Below, in pieces: positions 9,352-18,971 of a stretch of DNA of 64,000 nucleotides. Made by a program: the position numbers and the translations under genes. Position 1 is the first letter of the stretch; each line of letters starts with the position of its first letter. Source of the DNA: Flavobacteriaceae bacterium (GTDB lineage: Bacteria; Bacteroidota; Bacteroidia; Flavobacteriales; Flavobacteriaceae); NCBI GenBank assembly GCA_002707025.1, contig PALG01000017.1:43906-107905 (forward strand), read 5' to 3'. The notes below the pieces were generated by a model. That model was not told where the DNA came from, did not search any database, and saw only the letters and a list, made by a program, of their open reading frames with translations.

Positions 9352-10683
9352 ATGATGCAATGGGAACAATTGTTATCCCTTAAAAGACAAGGTGATACCC
9401 TAAAAAGATTACGTAGTGAACAAGATGAAATTCGACTCGGCTTTGAAGTGGATTACGACCGGGTCATTTTTTCATCCGCTTTTCGAAGCCTTCAAGATAA
9501 AACTCAGGTAATCCCTCTTTCCAAAACCTCGTTTGTTCATACCCGTCTAACCCATAGTTTGGAAGTATCTGTCGTTGGGCGTTCTTTGGGTAGAGCTGTT
9601 GGGAAAGCCATTCTGGAAAAGCATCCCTTTTTGAAAAAAGTACATGGGCATCAAACGAATGATTTTGGGGCTATTGTGGCTGCTGCAGCACTAGCTCACG
9701 ATATTGGGAACCCTCCCTTTGGACACAGTGGGGAAAAAGCGATTGGGGATTATTTTTTGAATGGGAAAGGCCAACGCTTTCAGTCGCATCTTACCGAAAA
9801 GGAGAATCAAGATTTGGTGGACTTTGAAGGCAATGCCAATGGATTCAAAATTATGACCGAAACCAAAAATGGGGTAGAGGGCGGACTTCGATTGTCTTAT
9901 GCAACTTTGGGGGCTTTTATGAAATACCCAAAGGAGTCTCTCCCCAAAAAACCCACAAAGGACATTGTAGACAAAAAGTATGGGGTTTTTCAAAATGATT
10001 TTGCTTTCTTTTCGGAAGTAGCCGATGATCTTGGGCTATTGCCAAGACCCAGTGGAGGGTTTGCGAGACATCCGTTGGCGTATTTAGTAGAAGCTGCCGA
10101 TGATATTTGTTATACCCTAATCGATTTTGAAGACGGCATTAATTTAGGACTTATTGAAGAGGAACGGGCATTGGAATATTTGATCAACCTTGTCAAGGAT
10201 TCCCTTCAAAAAGACAAGTACAACCAGCTTAGTCAGGCATCAGACCGATTGGCTTATTTACGCTCTTTGGCTATTGGAACTTTGATAAATGAAGCCGTTT
10301 CCCTTTTTGTAGAACACGAAGAAGCAATTTTACAAGGTACTTTTTCGGCAGCCCTGTTGGACCATAGTAGGTATAAAGCGCAAATCAATGATATCATTAA
10401 AATTAGTGTAGAAAAAGTATATCAAAGTCAAGAAGTGGTCGAAAAGGAAATAGCCGGCTATAAAGTACTTTCCACTTTATTGGATGTGTATACTCAAGCT
10501 TATGAACGTGCTCAAATGGGCCGTGCGCGTCACTACGATAAATTGATTTTAAAAAATACGGGGATCTCTATTTCTGAGGAAGCTTCGGAATATGATTACC
10601 TATTGGAGATTTGCAATTACATTTCCCGTTTAACCGATGGAAATGCCATGTTGCAATATCAAAAAATAAAAGGGGCTATCTAA
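9352..10683 (+). CDS. dgt: dGTP triphosphohydrolase (HD-domain dNTPase)
   Basis: HD-domain motifs TRLTHSLEV and LAHDIGNPPFGHSGE. Start taken at the ATG at 9352 rather than the upstream TTG of the ORF track. Confidence 0.85.
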   Translation: MMQWEQLLSLKRQGDTLKRLRSEQDEIRLGFEVDYDRVIFSSAFRSLQDKTQVIPLSKTSFVHTRLTHSLEVSVVGRSLGRAVGKAILEKHPFLKKVHGHQTNDFGAIVAAAALAHDIGNPPFGHSGEKAIGDYFLNGKGQRFQSHLTEKENQDLVDFEGNANGFKIMTETKNGVEGGLRLSYATLGAFMKYPKESLPKKPTKDIVDKKYGVFQNDFAFFSEVADDLGLLPRPSGGFARHPLAYLVEAADDICYTLIDFEDGINLGLIEEERALEYLINLVKDSLQKDKYNQLSQASDRLAYLRSLAIGTLINEAVSLFVEHEEAILQGTFSAALLDHSRYKAQINDIIKISVEKVYQSQEVVEKEIAGYKVLSTLLDVYTQAYERAQMGRARHYDKLILKNTGISISEEASEYDYLLEICNYISRLTDGNAMLQYQKIKGAI

Positions 10684-12452
10684 AGCAACTTTTCTAGTTG
10701 CTTTTTAATTTGTTTTGCGGAAATACCTGCAATTTCCTGTAGTTCTTCCACTGTTCCGTGAGCAGGAAATTCGTCTGGAATCCCGATAATCTTTATAAGG
10801 TTGGGATATTCGTTTTCTGAAGCAAATTCTGCTATGGCACTACCAAAGCCTCCTTTGGCAACTCCGTCTTCAACTGTGACAATGATAGGGTATTGTTTGA
10901 AAATTTTATGTAATAGCGTTTCATCCAAAGGTTTTACAAAACGCATGGCATAATGACCAATGGCTAACGTGCCTTCCATAGTTTTCATTGCTTCCGAAAC
11001 ATTCTGTGCAATAGTACCTATAGAAAGCACAGCGATTTTTTTTCCTTCGGAAAGAATTTCTCCTTTGCCCAATCCAATTTCAGAAAAAGGGAGTTCCCAA
11101 TCTAGAATTTGTCCACGCCCTCTGGGATAACGAATCGCCAAGGGTTGTGTTAACCCTAATTGGGCGGTGTAGAGTAAGTTTCGGAGCTCTACGACATCTT
11201 TTGGCGCGCAAATGGTAAGGTTCGGAATGCAACGTAAATAAGCCAAATCGAAAATCCCATGATGGGTGGCACCGTCTTCTCCTACAATTCCGGCTCGATC
11301 CAAACAAAAAATAACAGGAAGATTTTGTAAACAAACATCATGGATAATTTGATCGTAAGCCCGTTGCAAAAAAGTAGAGTAAATAGTACAGTAAACTATT
11401 TTTCCTTGCGTAGCTAGCCCTGCCGCAAAGGTAACGGCGTGCTGTTCGGCAATACCTACATCAAATGCTCTGTCGGGAAAGCGTTCCATCATAAATTTAA
11501 GAGAGCTTCCCGTAGGCATGGCAGGGGTGATACCTATGATGTTTTTATTTTTTTCTGCCAGTTCTACAAGGGTTTTTCCAAACACATCTTGAAACTTTGG
11601 TGGAAGTTGTTGGTTCAATTTTGGAAATAAGTCTCCCGTAGTCGCATCAAACTTTCCTGGGGCGTGATAGGTCACTTGGTTCTCTTCGGCTTGCTTTAGG
11701 CCTTTTCCTTTGGTGGTGACTACATGCAGCAGTTTTGGACCTGAGATATTTTTTAATCGGTTTAATTCAGAAATTAATTGAGTTACATCATGACCGTCGA
11801 TAGGTCCCGAATATTTGAAATGAAGTGCTTCAAAAAGATTTTCAGAATCGGGAATGTTTTCCAAGGTGGTTTTAGAAAGATATTCTTTTAAAGCCCCCAC
11901 GCTGGGATCGATACCAATAGCATTGTCATTTAAAATGACCAACAAATTGGTGTTGGTAACTCCTGCATGGTTTAAAGCTTCGAAAGCCATACCGCTGGCA
12001 ATCGAGGCATCCCCAACCACTGCGATGTGTTGCCTTTGCAAGTTGCCGTCCAATTGTGCAGAAATTGCCATTCCCAAAGCAGCCGAAATAGCAGTGCTGC
12101 TATGGCCCACACCGAAAGGATCGTATGGACTTTCATCACGTTTCGGAAATCCGCTAAGGCCTTTTAGTTGTCTGTTGGTGTGAAATATGTCCCTTCTTCC
12201 CGTAAGGATTTTATGTCCATACGCTTGATGCCCTACATCCCAAACCAATAAATCTTCGGGAGTATTGTACACATAATGAAGCGCAATGGTTAACTCCACT
12301 ACTCCTAGGCTGGCTCCTAGATGTCCTGCTTTGGCAGCAACAATATTGATGATAAATTCCCGTAATTCTTGAGCCAATAACGGTAGGGAAGCTTCGTTTA
12401 ATTCTCGAAGTTCTTTCGGGCTATGGATATGTTCTAACAGTTTTTTTGGCAC
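10680..12452 (-). CDS. dxs: 1-deoxy-D-xylulose-5-phosphate synthase
   Basis: 590 aa. N-terminus ...HSPKELRELNEASLPLLAQELREFII, GHLGASLG, ThDP motif VVGDASIASGMAFEALN...LNDN. Confidence 0.92.
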   Translation of the reverse strand: MPKKLLEHIHSPKELRELNEASLPLLAQELREFIINIVAAKAGHLGASLGVVELTIALHYVYNTPEDLLVWDVGHQAYGHKILTGRRDIFHTNRQLKGLSGFPKRDESPYDPFGVGHSSTAISAALGMAISAQLDGNLQRQHIAVVGDASIASGMAFEALNHAGVTNTNLLVILNDNAIGIDPSVGALKEYLSKTTLENIPDSENLFEALHFKYSGPIDGHDVTQLISELNRLKNISGPKLLHVVTTKGKGLKQAEENQVTYHAPGKFDATTGDLFPKLNQQLPPKFQDVFGKTLVELAEKNKNIIGITPAMPTGSSLKFMMERFPDRAFDVGIAEQHAVTFAAGLATQGKIVYCTIYSTFLQRAYDQIIHDVCLQNLPVIFCLDRAGIVGEDGATHHGIFDLAYLRCIPNLTICAPKDVVELRNLLYTAQLGLTQPLAIRYPRGRGQILDWELPFSEIGLGKGEILSEGKKIAVLSIGTIAQNVSEAMKTMEGTLAIGHYAMRFVKPLDETLLHKIFKQYPIIVTVEDGVAKGGFGSAIAEFASENEYPNLIKIIGIPDEFPAHGTVEELQEIAGISAKQIKKQLEKLL

Positions 12453-12522
12453 TTCACAAAGATACGGTTATTCTCTTCTTTTTGAAGTTCATTCTCCTTC
12501 TAATTCGTACTTTAGCAAAACT

Positions 12523-12972
12523 ATGATACAGCCGTTTGACGATGCTTATTTTATGAAAAAAGCTTTGCAGGAAGCTCACATTGCTTTTGAAAAAGGAGAG
12601 ATTCCTGTAGGGGCGGTCATTGTGGTAGATAATCAAATTATTGCGAGGGCTCATAATTTAACCGAAACGCTTCATGATGTGACCGCTCATGCCGAAATGC
12701 AAGCTATTACGGCAGCTGCTAACCATTTAGGAGGAAAATATTTACGGGGATGTACTATGTATGTAACCTTAGAACCTTGTGCCATGTGTGGAGGCGCCTT
12801 GTATTGGAGTCAGTTGTCAAAAGTGGTTTATGGAGCCAAAGATGAAAAGAGAGGGTATCGCTCGCAAAAAGTAGTCTTGCACCCTAAAACCAAAGTAGTC
12901 GGTGGGGTAATGGAAGCAGAAGCAGGAAATCTTCTGAAGCGTTTTTTCATCGAAAAAAGAAACCTGAACTAA
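12523..12972 (+). CDS. tadA: tRNA-specific adenosine deaminase
   Basis: 149 aa with CMP/dCMP deaminase zinc motifs HAEMQAI and PCAMCGGAL. Confidence 0.88.
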   Translation: MIQPFDDAYFMKKALQEAHIAFEKGEIPVGAVIVVDNQIIARAHNLTETLHDVTAHAEMQAITAAANHLGGKYLRGCTMYVTLEPCAMCGGALYWSQLSKVVYGAKDEKRGYRSQKVVLHPKTKVVGGVMEAEAGNLLKRFFIEKRNLN

Positions 12973-12997
12973 AAAACCCTCCAGTAGTGGAGGGTTT
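12971..12997. terminator. intrinsic terminator shared by convergent tadA and csp
   Basis: AAAAAA-CCCTCCA-GTAG-TGGAGGG-TTT. Confidence 0.75.
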
Positions 12998-13023
12998 CGT
13001 AAATCAAAAATGCGTTAGATATA

Positions 13024-13221
13024 TTATTCGTAGATCACACGTATTTTAGTGGCAATCATACCTTTTTTCCCTTCAGTCTCTTCATATTCTACTTTGTCAC
13101 CTTCGTTAATGGCTTCACCATTTAGGCCAGTGACATGTACAAAGATGTCTTTTCCGGTTGCATCGTTGGTGATAAAACCGTAACCTTTTGATTCGTTGAA
13201 AAACTTAACTGTTCCTTCCAT
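13024..13221 (-). CDS. cold-shock protein (CspA family)
   Basis: 65 aa with GTVKFFNESKGYGFI (RNP1-like) and DIFVHV (RNP2-like). Confidence 0.92.
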   Translation of the reverse strand: MEGTVKFFNESKGYGFITNDATGKDIFVHVTGLNGEAINEGDKVEYEETEGKKGMIATKIRVIYE

Positions 13222-13251
13222 TGTAATAAAAAAAATAAATTAATAATGAAT

Positions 13252-13259
13252 CAAAGGTA
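13252..13259 (-). promoter_or_regulatory. -7 box TACCTTTG for csp
   Basis: The plus strand reads CAAAGGTA, 30 nt upstream of the csp ATG (13221). Confidence 0.45.
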
Positions 13260-13316
13260 CGCTATTTATGATGCGAAACGTTACGGAAGTGTAAAATTTT
13301 TTTTAGAAAATGAATT

Positions 13317-13562
13317 TTAAAGGTCTTTAGTATCAGTATAATCCCTCATTTTTTCGATGTTTTCTTTATTCAGCATATAATCTTTTACATCCCTGTTTTT
13401 CCATCGGTGATAAATAAATAAGGGCATTAATACAAAAAATAATGTAGAAATGGATAAACCAATAATGAGGTTTCCAGTTTCAGGATCCTCGGTTTTGAGA
13501 TAATGGCCAATCCCTAAACCAACAATGATAGCTATGAGTAATATCGTTAAAAAATACTTCAT
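13317..13562 (-). CDS. small two-TM membrane protein, unknown function
   Basis: 81 aa with two hydrophobic helices. Its start directly abuts the stop of the ClC gene (13563). Confidence 0.6.
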   Translation of the reverse strand: MKYFLTILLIAIIVGLGIGHYLKTEDPETGNLIIGLSISTLFFVLMPLFIYHRWKNRDVKDYMLNKENIEKMRDYTDTKDL

Positions 13563-15353
13563 TTATTTTCCTGAAAAATCAATTAGTTTTCTTCTGTAGG
13601 CAGTTAATAGTTTGGATTTTGAAACGAAACCAAAGTACGCATTTTTTGAAACAACAGGGAGGTTCCAGGCCCCAGTGTCCTGAAACTTTTTCATTACATC
13701 GGTCATTCGATCTTTATCCAAGTCGATAATAGCAGGTGGATTTTGCATAAGGTCTTCTGCGGTCATCTCTTTGTAAAGAGACTGGTCAAACATGACAGGA
13801 CGTAAGTCATCCAATAAAATAATCCCTTTCAAACTCTCTGTTTCAGGATCGACCACAGGAAAAATATTCCGATTGGATTTTACCACTGCTTGATGCACAA
13901 TATCCCCTAAATTCATGGTAGATTTTACCGAAATAAAATTTTGTTCAATCACGGTATTTATATCCATGAGTGTCAATACGGCATGGTCTTTATTATGGGT
14001 AATCAGTTCTCCTTTGCGTCCTAGTTCCATCGTGTATACCGAATGGGGTGTGAAATATTTCGTGATACTGAAGGAAATAGTTGCAGTAATCATTAACGGG
14101 ATGAACAATTCGTATCCCCCCGTTACTTCAGCAATTAAGAATATAGCCGTAAGCGGGGCGTGTAAAACCCCCGCCATTAAACCAGTCATTCCTACCAAGG
14201 TGAAATTACTTTCGGAAATAGAAAAGCTTCCGAAGCCCAACTGATTGAAAAATTTAGCTACAGTGTACCCCATGATGCTCCCCATAAAAAGGGTAGGGGA
14301 AAAAATACCTCCAACGCCACCTGCCCCAAAAGTTATGGAACTAGCAATAACCTTAAAGAGTACCAGCCCCACTAATAAGGCAATCATGACCCAAGTATTT
14401 TCAATATCTAAATTAAAAAAATTGTTTTCCAGAGCTTTTCCAGGGTTTCCCTGCACCAAACTGTTGATCACGTCAAAACCTTCTCCATAAAGTGGTGGAA
14501 TGAAATAAACCAGTAATCCAATGGCTAAGCCGCCTATTAATAGTCTGCTAATGGAAGAGGGAATTTTATTGAATAATGTTTGAATGTATTCGTACATGTT
14601 GGTAAAATACACCGATACAAACCCTGCGATGACTCCTAGAATAATGTAAAAAGGAATATCCTTCAGAACAAATTTATCTTCAATACTGAAGGGTAAAATT
14701 AAATCGTCTCCCAAAAAAAAGTACGAAGTGATAATAGCAGAAACGGAAGCCAATAATAAGGGAACCATGGAAGCTATGGTAAGATCCAAACTAAATACCT
14801 CAATCGCAAAAATGATGGCTGCAATGGGTGCTTTAAAAATGGCCGACATGGCTCCTGCTGCGGCACAACCAATAAGTAAGGTTCTTGAGGTTTGGTTAAG
14901 GTGGAAAAGCCTTGCCATATTCGAACTTATGGCAGCGCCTGTGGCCACGGTGGGTCCTTCCAAACCTACCGAACCTCCAAAACCAACAGTGATGGGAGCG
15001 GTTAAAAGCGAACCAAACATCTGGTATTGTTTTAAAATCCCTTTTCGCTTGGATATTGCGTATAGCGTGGAAGGAATTCCATGGCTTACCTTCTTTCTTA
15101 GAACATATTTAATGATGAGAAATACCAAGCTTAAACCTATAATGGGAAAAACAAAGTAAAAAGCTTGATGGTACTCTTGTATAAATTTTCCTTCTAGTAA
15201 ATGTTGGAAGAAATGGGTAAGGTTTTTTAGTGTTACAGCTCCTAAGCCAGAAAGTATTCCAGCAAGAATACTAAGGATAAAAATAAATTGCCTGTGGCTT
15301 ATGTGTTTGGCCCGCCAGATAAGTATTTTGGTAAGTACTTTTTTAAATTTCAT
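13563..15353 (-). CDS. ClC-family chloride channel with C-terminal CBS pair
   Basis: ClC motifs GGSVGLEGP and GGIFSPTLFMG. The C-terminal ~140 aa looks CBS-like. Start chosen at MKFKKVLTK (15353). Confidence 0.85.
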   Translation of the reverse strand: MKFKKVLTKILIWRAKHISHRQFIFILSILAGILSGLGAVTLKNLTHFFQHLLEGKFIQEYHQAFYFVFPIIGLSLVFLIIKYVLRKKVSHGIPSTLYAISKRKGILKQYQMFGSLLTAPITVGFGGSVGLEGPTVATGAAISSNMARLFHLNQTSRTLLIGCAAAGAMSAIFKAPIAAIIFAIEVFSLDLTIASMVPLLLASVSAIITSYFFLGDDLILPFSIEDKFVLKDIPFYIILGVIAGFVSVYFTNMYEYIQTLFNKIPSSISRLLIGGLAIGLLVYFIPPLYGEGFDVINSLVQGNPGKALENNFFNLDIENTWVMIALLVGLVLFKVIASSITFGAGGVGGIFSPTLFMGSIMGYTVAKFFNQLGFGSFSISESNFTLVGMTGLMAGVLHAPLTAIFLIAEVTGGYELFIPLMITATISFSITKYFTPHSVYTMELGRKGELITHNKDHAVLTLMDINTVIEQNFISVKSTMNLGDIVHQAVVKSNRNIFPVVDPETESLKGIILLDDLRPVMFDQSLYKEMTAEDLMQNPPAIIDLDKDRMTDVMKKFQDTGAWNLPVVSKNAYFGFVSKSKLLTAYRRKLIDFSGK

Positions 15354-15357
15354 AGCA

Positions 15358-17124
15358 CTAAATAATAAGCCGTACGCCACCAAGGTCCTCTACGCTATAT
15401 TCAAACTTGTCGCTAGGAGAACCAATAAACATAAAGTTAACAGGAATATTCCATTTTTGGGAAAGCTGTTGAATTAACTCTGGCGAGAAACGCCCTTCCT
15501 CTACTACCAGCTCAATTTTTATTTCTGGGTATTCACGGTCCAAAAAATCAATTTCTTTTGAAAGATTTACGGGCATTTTTTCGTTCTCATCAAGCACATG
15601 AACGATTTTTATCTTTCGGGTATGTTCATTTTTCTTTATATATAGCATCACCTTGTTGAGGGTGGCAATATTATCCCCTTTGGTAAAAAAAACAAACTCC
15701 TGTTCGTTAATTTTATTAATATAGGAAAGTGTTTTCTTGTCAATCTTGGAAACACTTTTTCTTATCGGATCAAAGATGTAATGAATAAACCGAAGTGATA
15801 GTCGCAGCACTAGCGTTCTATTTAACATGAAAATGATAAAAATGATAAAAGGAATAAAGTAATCTAGAAAAACTATAAAATTACTAGGTGCTCCTTCTTT
15901 TGGCTCCATAGAAATATTTCCATAGATAGCTGTTATTACTGCAACAATAGCTACGATTACCGAAATCCATTTGGCTTTTTCTGGTCTAGGAAGGGCTGCC
16001 CGTTTTACTTTCAATAAAATATTTCCAATTCCAAATAAGGCCATGACCGATAGAAAAGAAATGGTATAGACACCTGCTAAAATCGCAACTTCTCCATGGG
16101 TAATCAATAACACAGAAACCGATAATATAAAAAACATGAGTATGATTCGATAGGAACTGCCACGGTTATTCTTTTTCAGAAAAAATTGAGGCATGATTCG
16201 ATCTAGAGTCATTCGTTCCAATAATCCTGTAACTCCTACAAAACTAGTTAATACCGCCCCGCTTAAAACCAAAAAAGCATCAATGGAAATTAGGGTCGCA
16301 ATCCAATTTCCGCCTACTTGAGAAGCCATTTCTACTAGTAGTGTATTTTGATATTCGTCGCTTTGTAACACTGGAAGGGCAAATAAGGCTAAAGCAAAAA
16401 CCGCCATTAGGGGATTGATGATACTTACAATAGCCCACATATTTCTTAGTGTTTTTGGAAAAACCCCACGTTTTTGTTCCTCGACAAAATTAGCCGAACT
16501 TTCAAAACCTGAGACCCCTAACATAGAGGCTGAAAACCCAAAAAATATTGCTGTAATGATGCCTCCTTCCCTAGAAGGTAAACTCCAATTTTCAAATAGT
16601 GTCCCAATTCCATTTTGAAAGAGGTAATATCCAATAAAACCAGTTAATACCAACAATGAGGTTAGGTGGAAAAGAAAGATTCCAATCGCTACTTTAGCGG
16701 ATTCGGTGATACCACCAATGGTAAGTAGGGCAAATAATGCCAAAAGTCCAATGGTTGTTATGATAATAGGTAAGGAAGGAATAAGGTGATGTATGTAATG
16801 AATGGCTTCATTGGCTGAAATTACTGCGGTAGCCATATAAGAAAGAATCGTTAGGGTTGCCGCAAAAGAGGCCATAAATTTGCTGGTGGTATTCAGTAAA
16901 GCATTATAGGCACCTCCATTAAGAGGTAAGGCTCCTACTACTTCCCCATAAATTCTACGGAAAAGAAACAGTACAAACGAAACAATAAGTAAGGTTATCC
17001 ATGCATATTGTCCTGCAAATGCAATGGCAAGAGCTGAAACATATAATACCGATGAGCTAATGTCATTGCCGCAAATGGCGGTAGATTCTAACTCATTGAG
17101 TTTTTTTTGAATTTTAGTTTTCAC
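15358..17124 (-). CDS. APC-superfamily permease with ~130-aa cytosolic C-terminal domain
   Basis: 588 aa with ~12 TM segments, then a hydrophilic domain ([22 protein letters not shown]...[11 protein letters not shown]). Confidence 0.75.
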   Translation of the reverse strand: MKTKIQKKLNELESTAICGNDISSSVLYVSALAIAFAGQYAWITLLIVSFVLFLFRRIYGEVVGALPLNGGAYNALLNTTSKFMASFAATLTILSYMATAVISANEAIHYIHHLIPSLPIIITTIGLLALFALLTIGGITESAKVAIGIFLFHLTSLLVLTGFIGYYLFQNGIGTLFENWSLPSREGGIITAIFFGFSASMLGVSGFESSANFVEEQKRGVFPKTLRNMWAIVSIINPLMAVFALALFALPVLQSDEYQNTLLVEMASQVGGNWIATLISIDAFLVLSGAVLTSFVGVTGLLERMTLDRIMPQFFLKKNNRGSSYRIILMFFILSVSVLLITHGEVAILAGVYTISFLSVMALFGIGNILLKVKRAALPRPEKAKWISVIVAIVAVITAIYGNISMEPKEGAPSNFIVFLDYFIPFIIFIIFMLNRTLVLRLSLRFIHYIFDPIRKSVSKIDKKTLSYINKINEQEFVFFTKGDNIATLNKVMLYIKKNEHTRKIKIVHVLDENEKMPVNLSKEIDFLDREYPEIKIELVVEEGRFSPELIQQLSQKWNIPVNFMFIGSPSDKFEYSVEDLGGVRLII

Positions 17125-18871
17125 TAAGGTTTAGTTTCAAATTCAATTCATCAAGCTGTCCTTGATCAATTGGAGCAGGGGCATCAATCATTACATCGCG
17201 TCCTGCGTTATTTTTTGGGAAAGCAATAAAGTCCCTAATGGTTTCTTGTCCCCCCAAAATAGCCACCAATCGGTCTAAGCCAAAAGCAATTCCGCCGTGA
17301 GGGGGTGCCCCATACTGAAATGCATCCATTAAAAATCCAAATTGTGCTTTCGCTTCTTCTGGGGTAAACCCTAAATAGTCGAACATTTTCGATTGAATTT
17401 CCTTATCGTGAATACGAATGGAACCTCCTCCAATTTCGTTTCCGTTTAGCACCAAGTCGTAAGCATTTGCCTTTACCGCCCCAGGGTCGGTTTTTAATAA
17501 TTCCATTTGTCCAGGTTTTGGCGATGTAAATGGGTGGTGCATGGCGTGATAGCGATTGGTTTCTTCATCCCATTCCAAAAGCGGGAAGTCCACGACCCAA
17601 AGTGGCGCAAATTCATTGGCTTTTCGTAAGCCTAATCGTTCGGCCAATTCCATACGTAGTGCACTAAGTTGTGCTCTCACCTTATTTTTTTCACCGGAAA
17701 GGATGCAAATTAAATCTCCTGCTTGTGCTCCAGTAACTTCGGCCCATTTTGCCAAATCGTCCTGATCGTAAAATTTGTCTACGGAAGATTTGTAAGTTCC
17801 ATCTTCATTGCAACGGCTGTACACCATTCCCATGGCTCCAATTTGCGGGCGTTTCACCCAATCAATCAATTTGTCAATTTCCTTCCGGGTGAAACTATTT
17901 CCGCCAGGAACAGCGATCCCAACGACTAATTCAGCCGAGTTGAACACATTAAATTCTTTGTGTTGCGCTACTTCATTCAATTCGCCAAATTCCATTCCAA
18001 AGCGGATATCGGGCTTGTCGTTTCCATAGCGTTTCATCGCCTCGTCATAGGTCATTCTAGGAAATTCAGCAACATCAACTCCGTTTATTTCTTTCAGTAG
18101 ATGACGGGTCAAACCTTCAAAGGTATTAAGAATGTCTTCCTGTTCCACAAAGGCCATTTCACAGTCAATTTGGGTAAACTCGGGCTGTCTGTCGGCTCGT
18201 AAATCTTCGTCACGGAAGCATTTTACGATTTGAAAATATTTATCCATTCCACCTACCATAAGCAACTGCTTAAAAGTTTGTGGTGACTGCGGAAGGGCAT
18301 AAAATTGGCCTTCATTCATACGGGAAGGGACCACAAAATCACGGGCGCCTTCAGGAGTGGATTTTATGAGATATGGGGTTTCCACTTCTACAAATTCCTT
18401 AGCAGAAAGATAGTTACGAACGGCCATGGTTACCTTATGGCGAAACACCAAATTGTTGCGAACCGGTTTCCTTCGAATATCCAAATAACGGTATTTCATT
18501 CGAAGGTCTTCCCCGCCATCGGTATCATCTTCAATGGTGAAGGGAGGGGTAAGGGAAGCGTTCAGTAAATTCAATTCTGAAACTAAAATTTCGATATCCC
18601 CGGTAGGCATGTTGGGGTTTTTGGATTCCCTTTCTATTACTTTTCCAGTCACCTGAATCACGAACTCACGTCCCAGCTTGGAAGCCATTTCCATAACGGT
18701 CTTGTCGGTTCTTTCCTCATCGAAAATTAATTGGGTGATTCCGTAACGATCGCGAAGATCTACCCAGATCATAAATCCTTTATCACGAATTTTTTGAACC
18801 CATCCCGAAAGGGTGACGGTATTTCCAATGTGTTCGGCCCTTAGTTGTCCGTTAGTGTGCGTTCTGTACAT
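17114..18871 (-). CDS. aspS: aspartate--tRNA ligase
   Basis: 585 aa. Class IIb motifs [27 protein letters not shown] and GGIAFGLDR. Confidence 0.93.
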   Translation of the reverse strand: MYRTHTNGQLRAEHIGNTVTLSGWVQKIRDKGFMIWVDLRDRYGITQLIFDEERTDKTVMEMASKLGREFVIQVTGKVIERESKNPNMPTGDIEILVSELNLLNASLTPPFTIEDDTDGGEDLRMKYRYLDIRRKPVRNNLVFRHKVTMAVRNYLSAKEFVEVETPYLIKSTPEGARDFVVPSRMNEGQFYALPQSPQTFKQLLMVGGMDKYFQIVKCFRDEDLRADRQPEFTQIDCEMAFVEQEDILNTFEGLTRHLLKEINGVDVAEFPRMTYDEAMKRYGNDKPDIRFGMEFGELNEVAQHKEFNVFNSAELVVGIAVPGGNSFTRKEIDKLIDWVKRPQIGAMGMVYSRCNEDGTYKSSVDKFYDQDDLAKWAEVTGAQAGDLICILSGEKNKVRAQLSALRMELAERLGLRKANEFAPLWVVDFPLLEWDEETNRYHAMHHPFTSPKPGQMELLKTDPGAVKANAYDLVLNGNEIGGGSIRIHDKEIQSKMFDYLGFTPEEAKAQFGFLMDAFQYGAPPHGGIAFGLDRLVAILGGQETIRDFIAFPKNNAGRDVMIDAPAPIDQGQLDELNLKLNLSEN

Positions 18872-18890
18872 TTCTGAAAAAGTTAGGCTG

Positions 18891-18898
18891 CAAAGTTA
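18891..18898 (-). promoter_or_regulatory. -7 box TAACTTTG for aspS
   Basis: The plus strand reads CAAAGTTA, 20 nt upstream of the aspS ATG (18871). Confidence 0.5.
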
Positions 18899-18920
18899 AG
18901 AAGAACAAGAAGATTGAAAT

Positions 18921-18952
18921 AACAAACCCCGACAAATTTGTCGGGGTTTGTT
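18921..18952 (-). terminator. intrinsic terminator after the RND efflux operon
   Basis: AACAAACCCCGACA-AATT-TGTCGGGGTTTGTT, 20 nt beyond the stop at 18972. Confidence 0.75.
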
Positions 18953-18971
18953 GCCTGAGGTTCAAAAAGTA

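Noticed and set aside
12454-12654. 66-aa minus-strand ORF spanning the dxs/tadA divergent region.
   Set aside because: It overlaps the tadA start and the likely promoters, and its sequence is Asn/Phe/Arg-rich with no motif. It is likely spurious.
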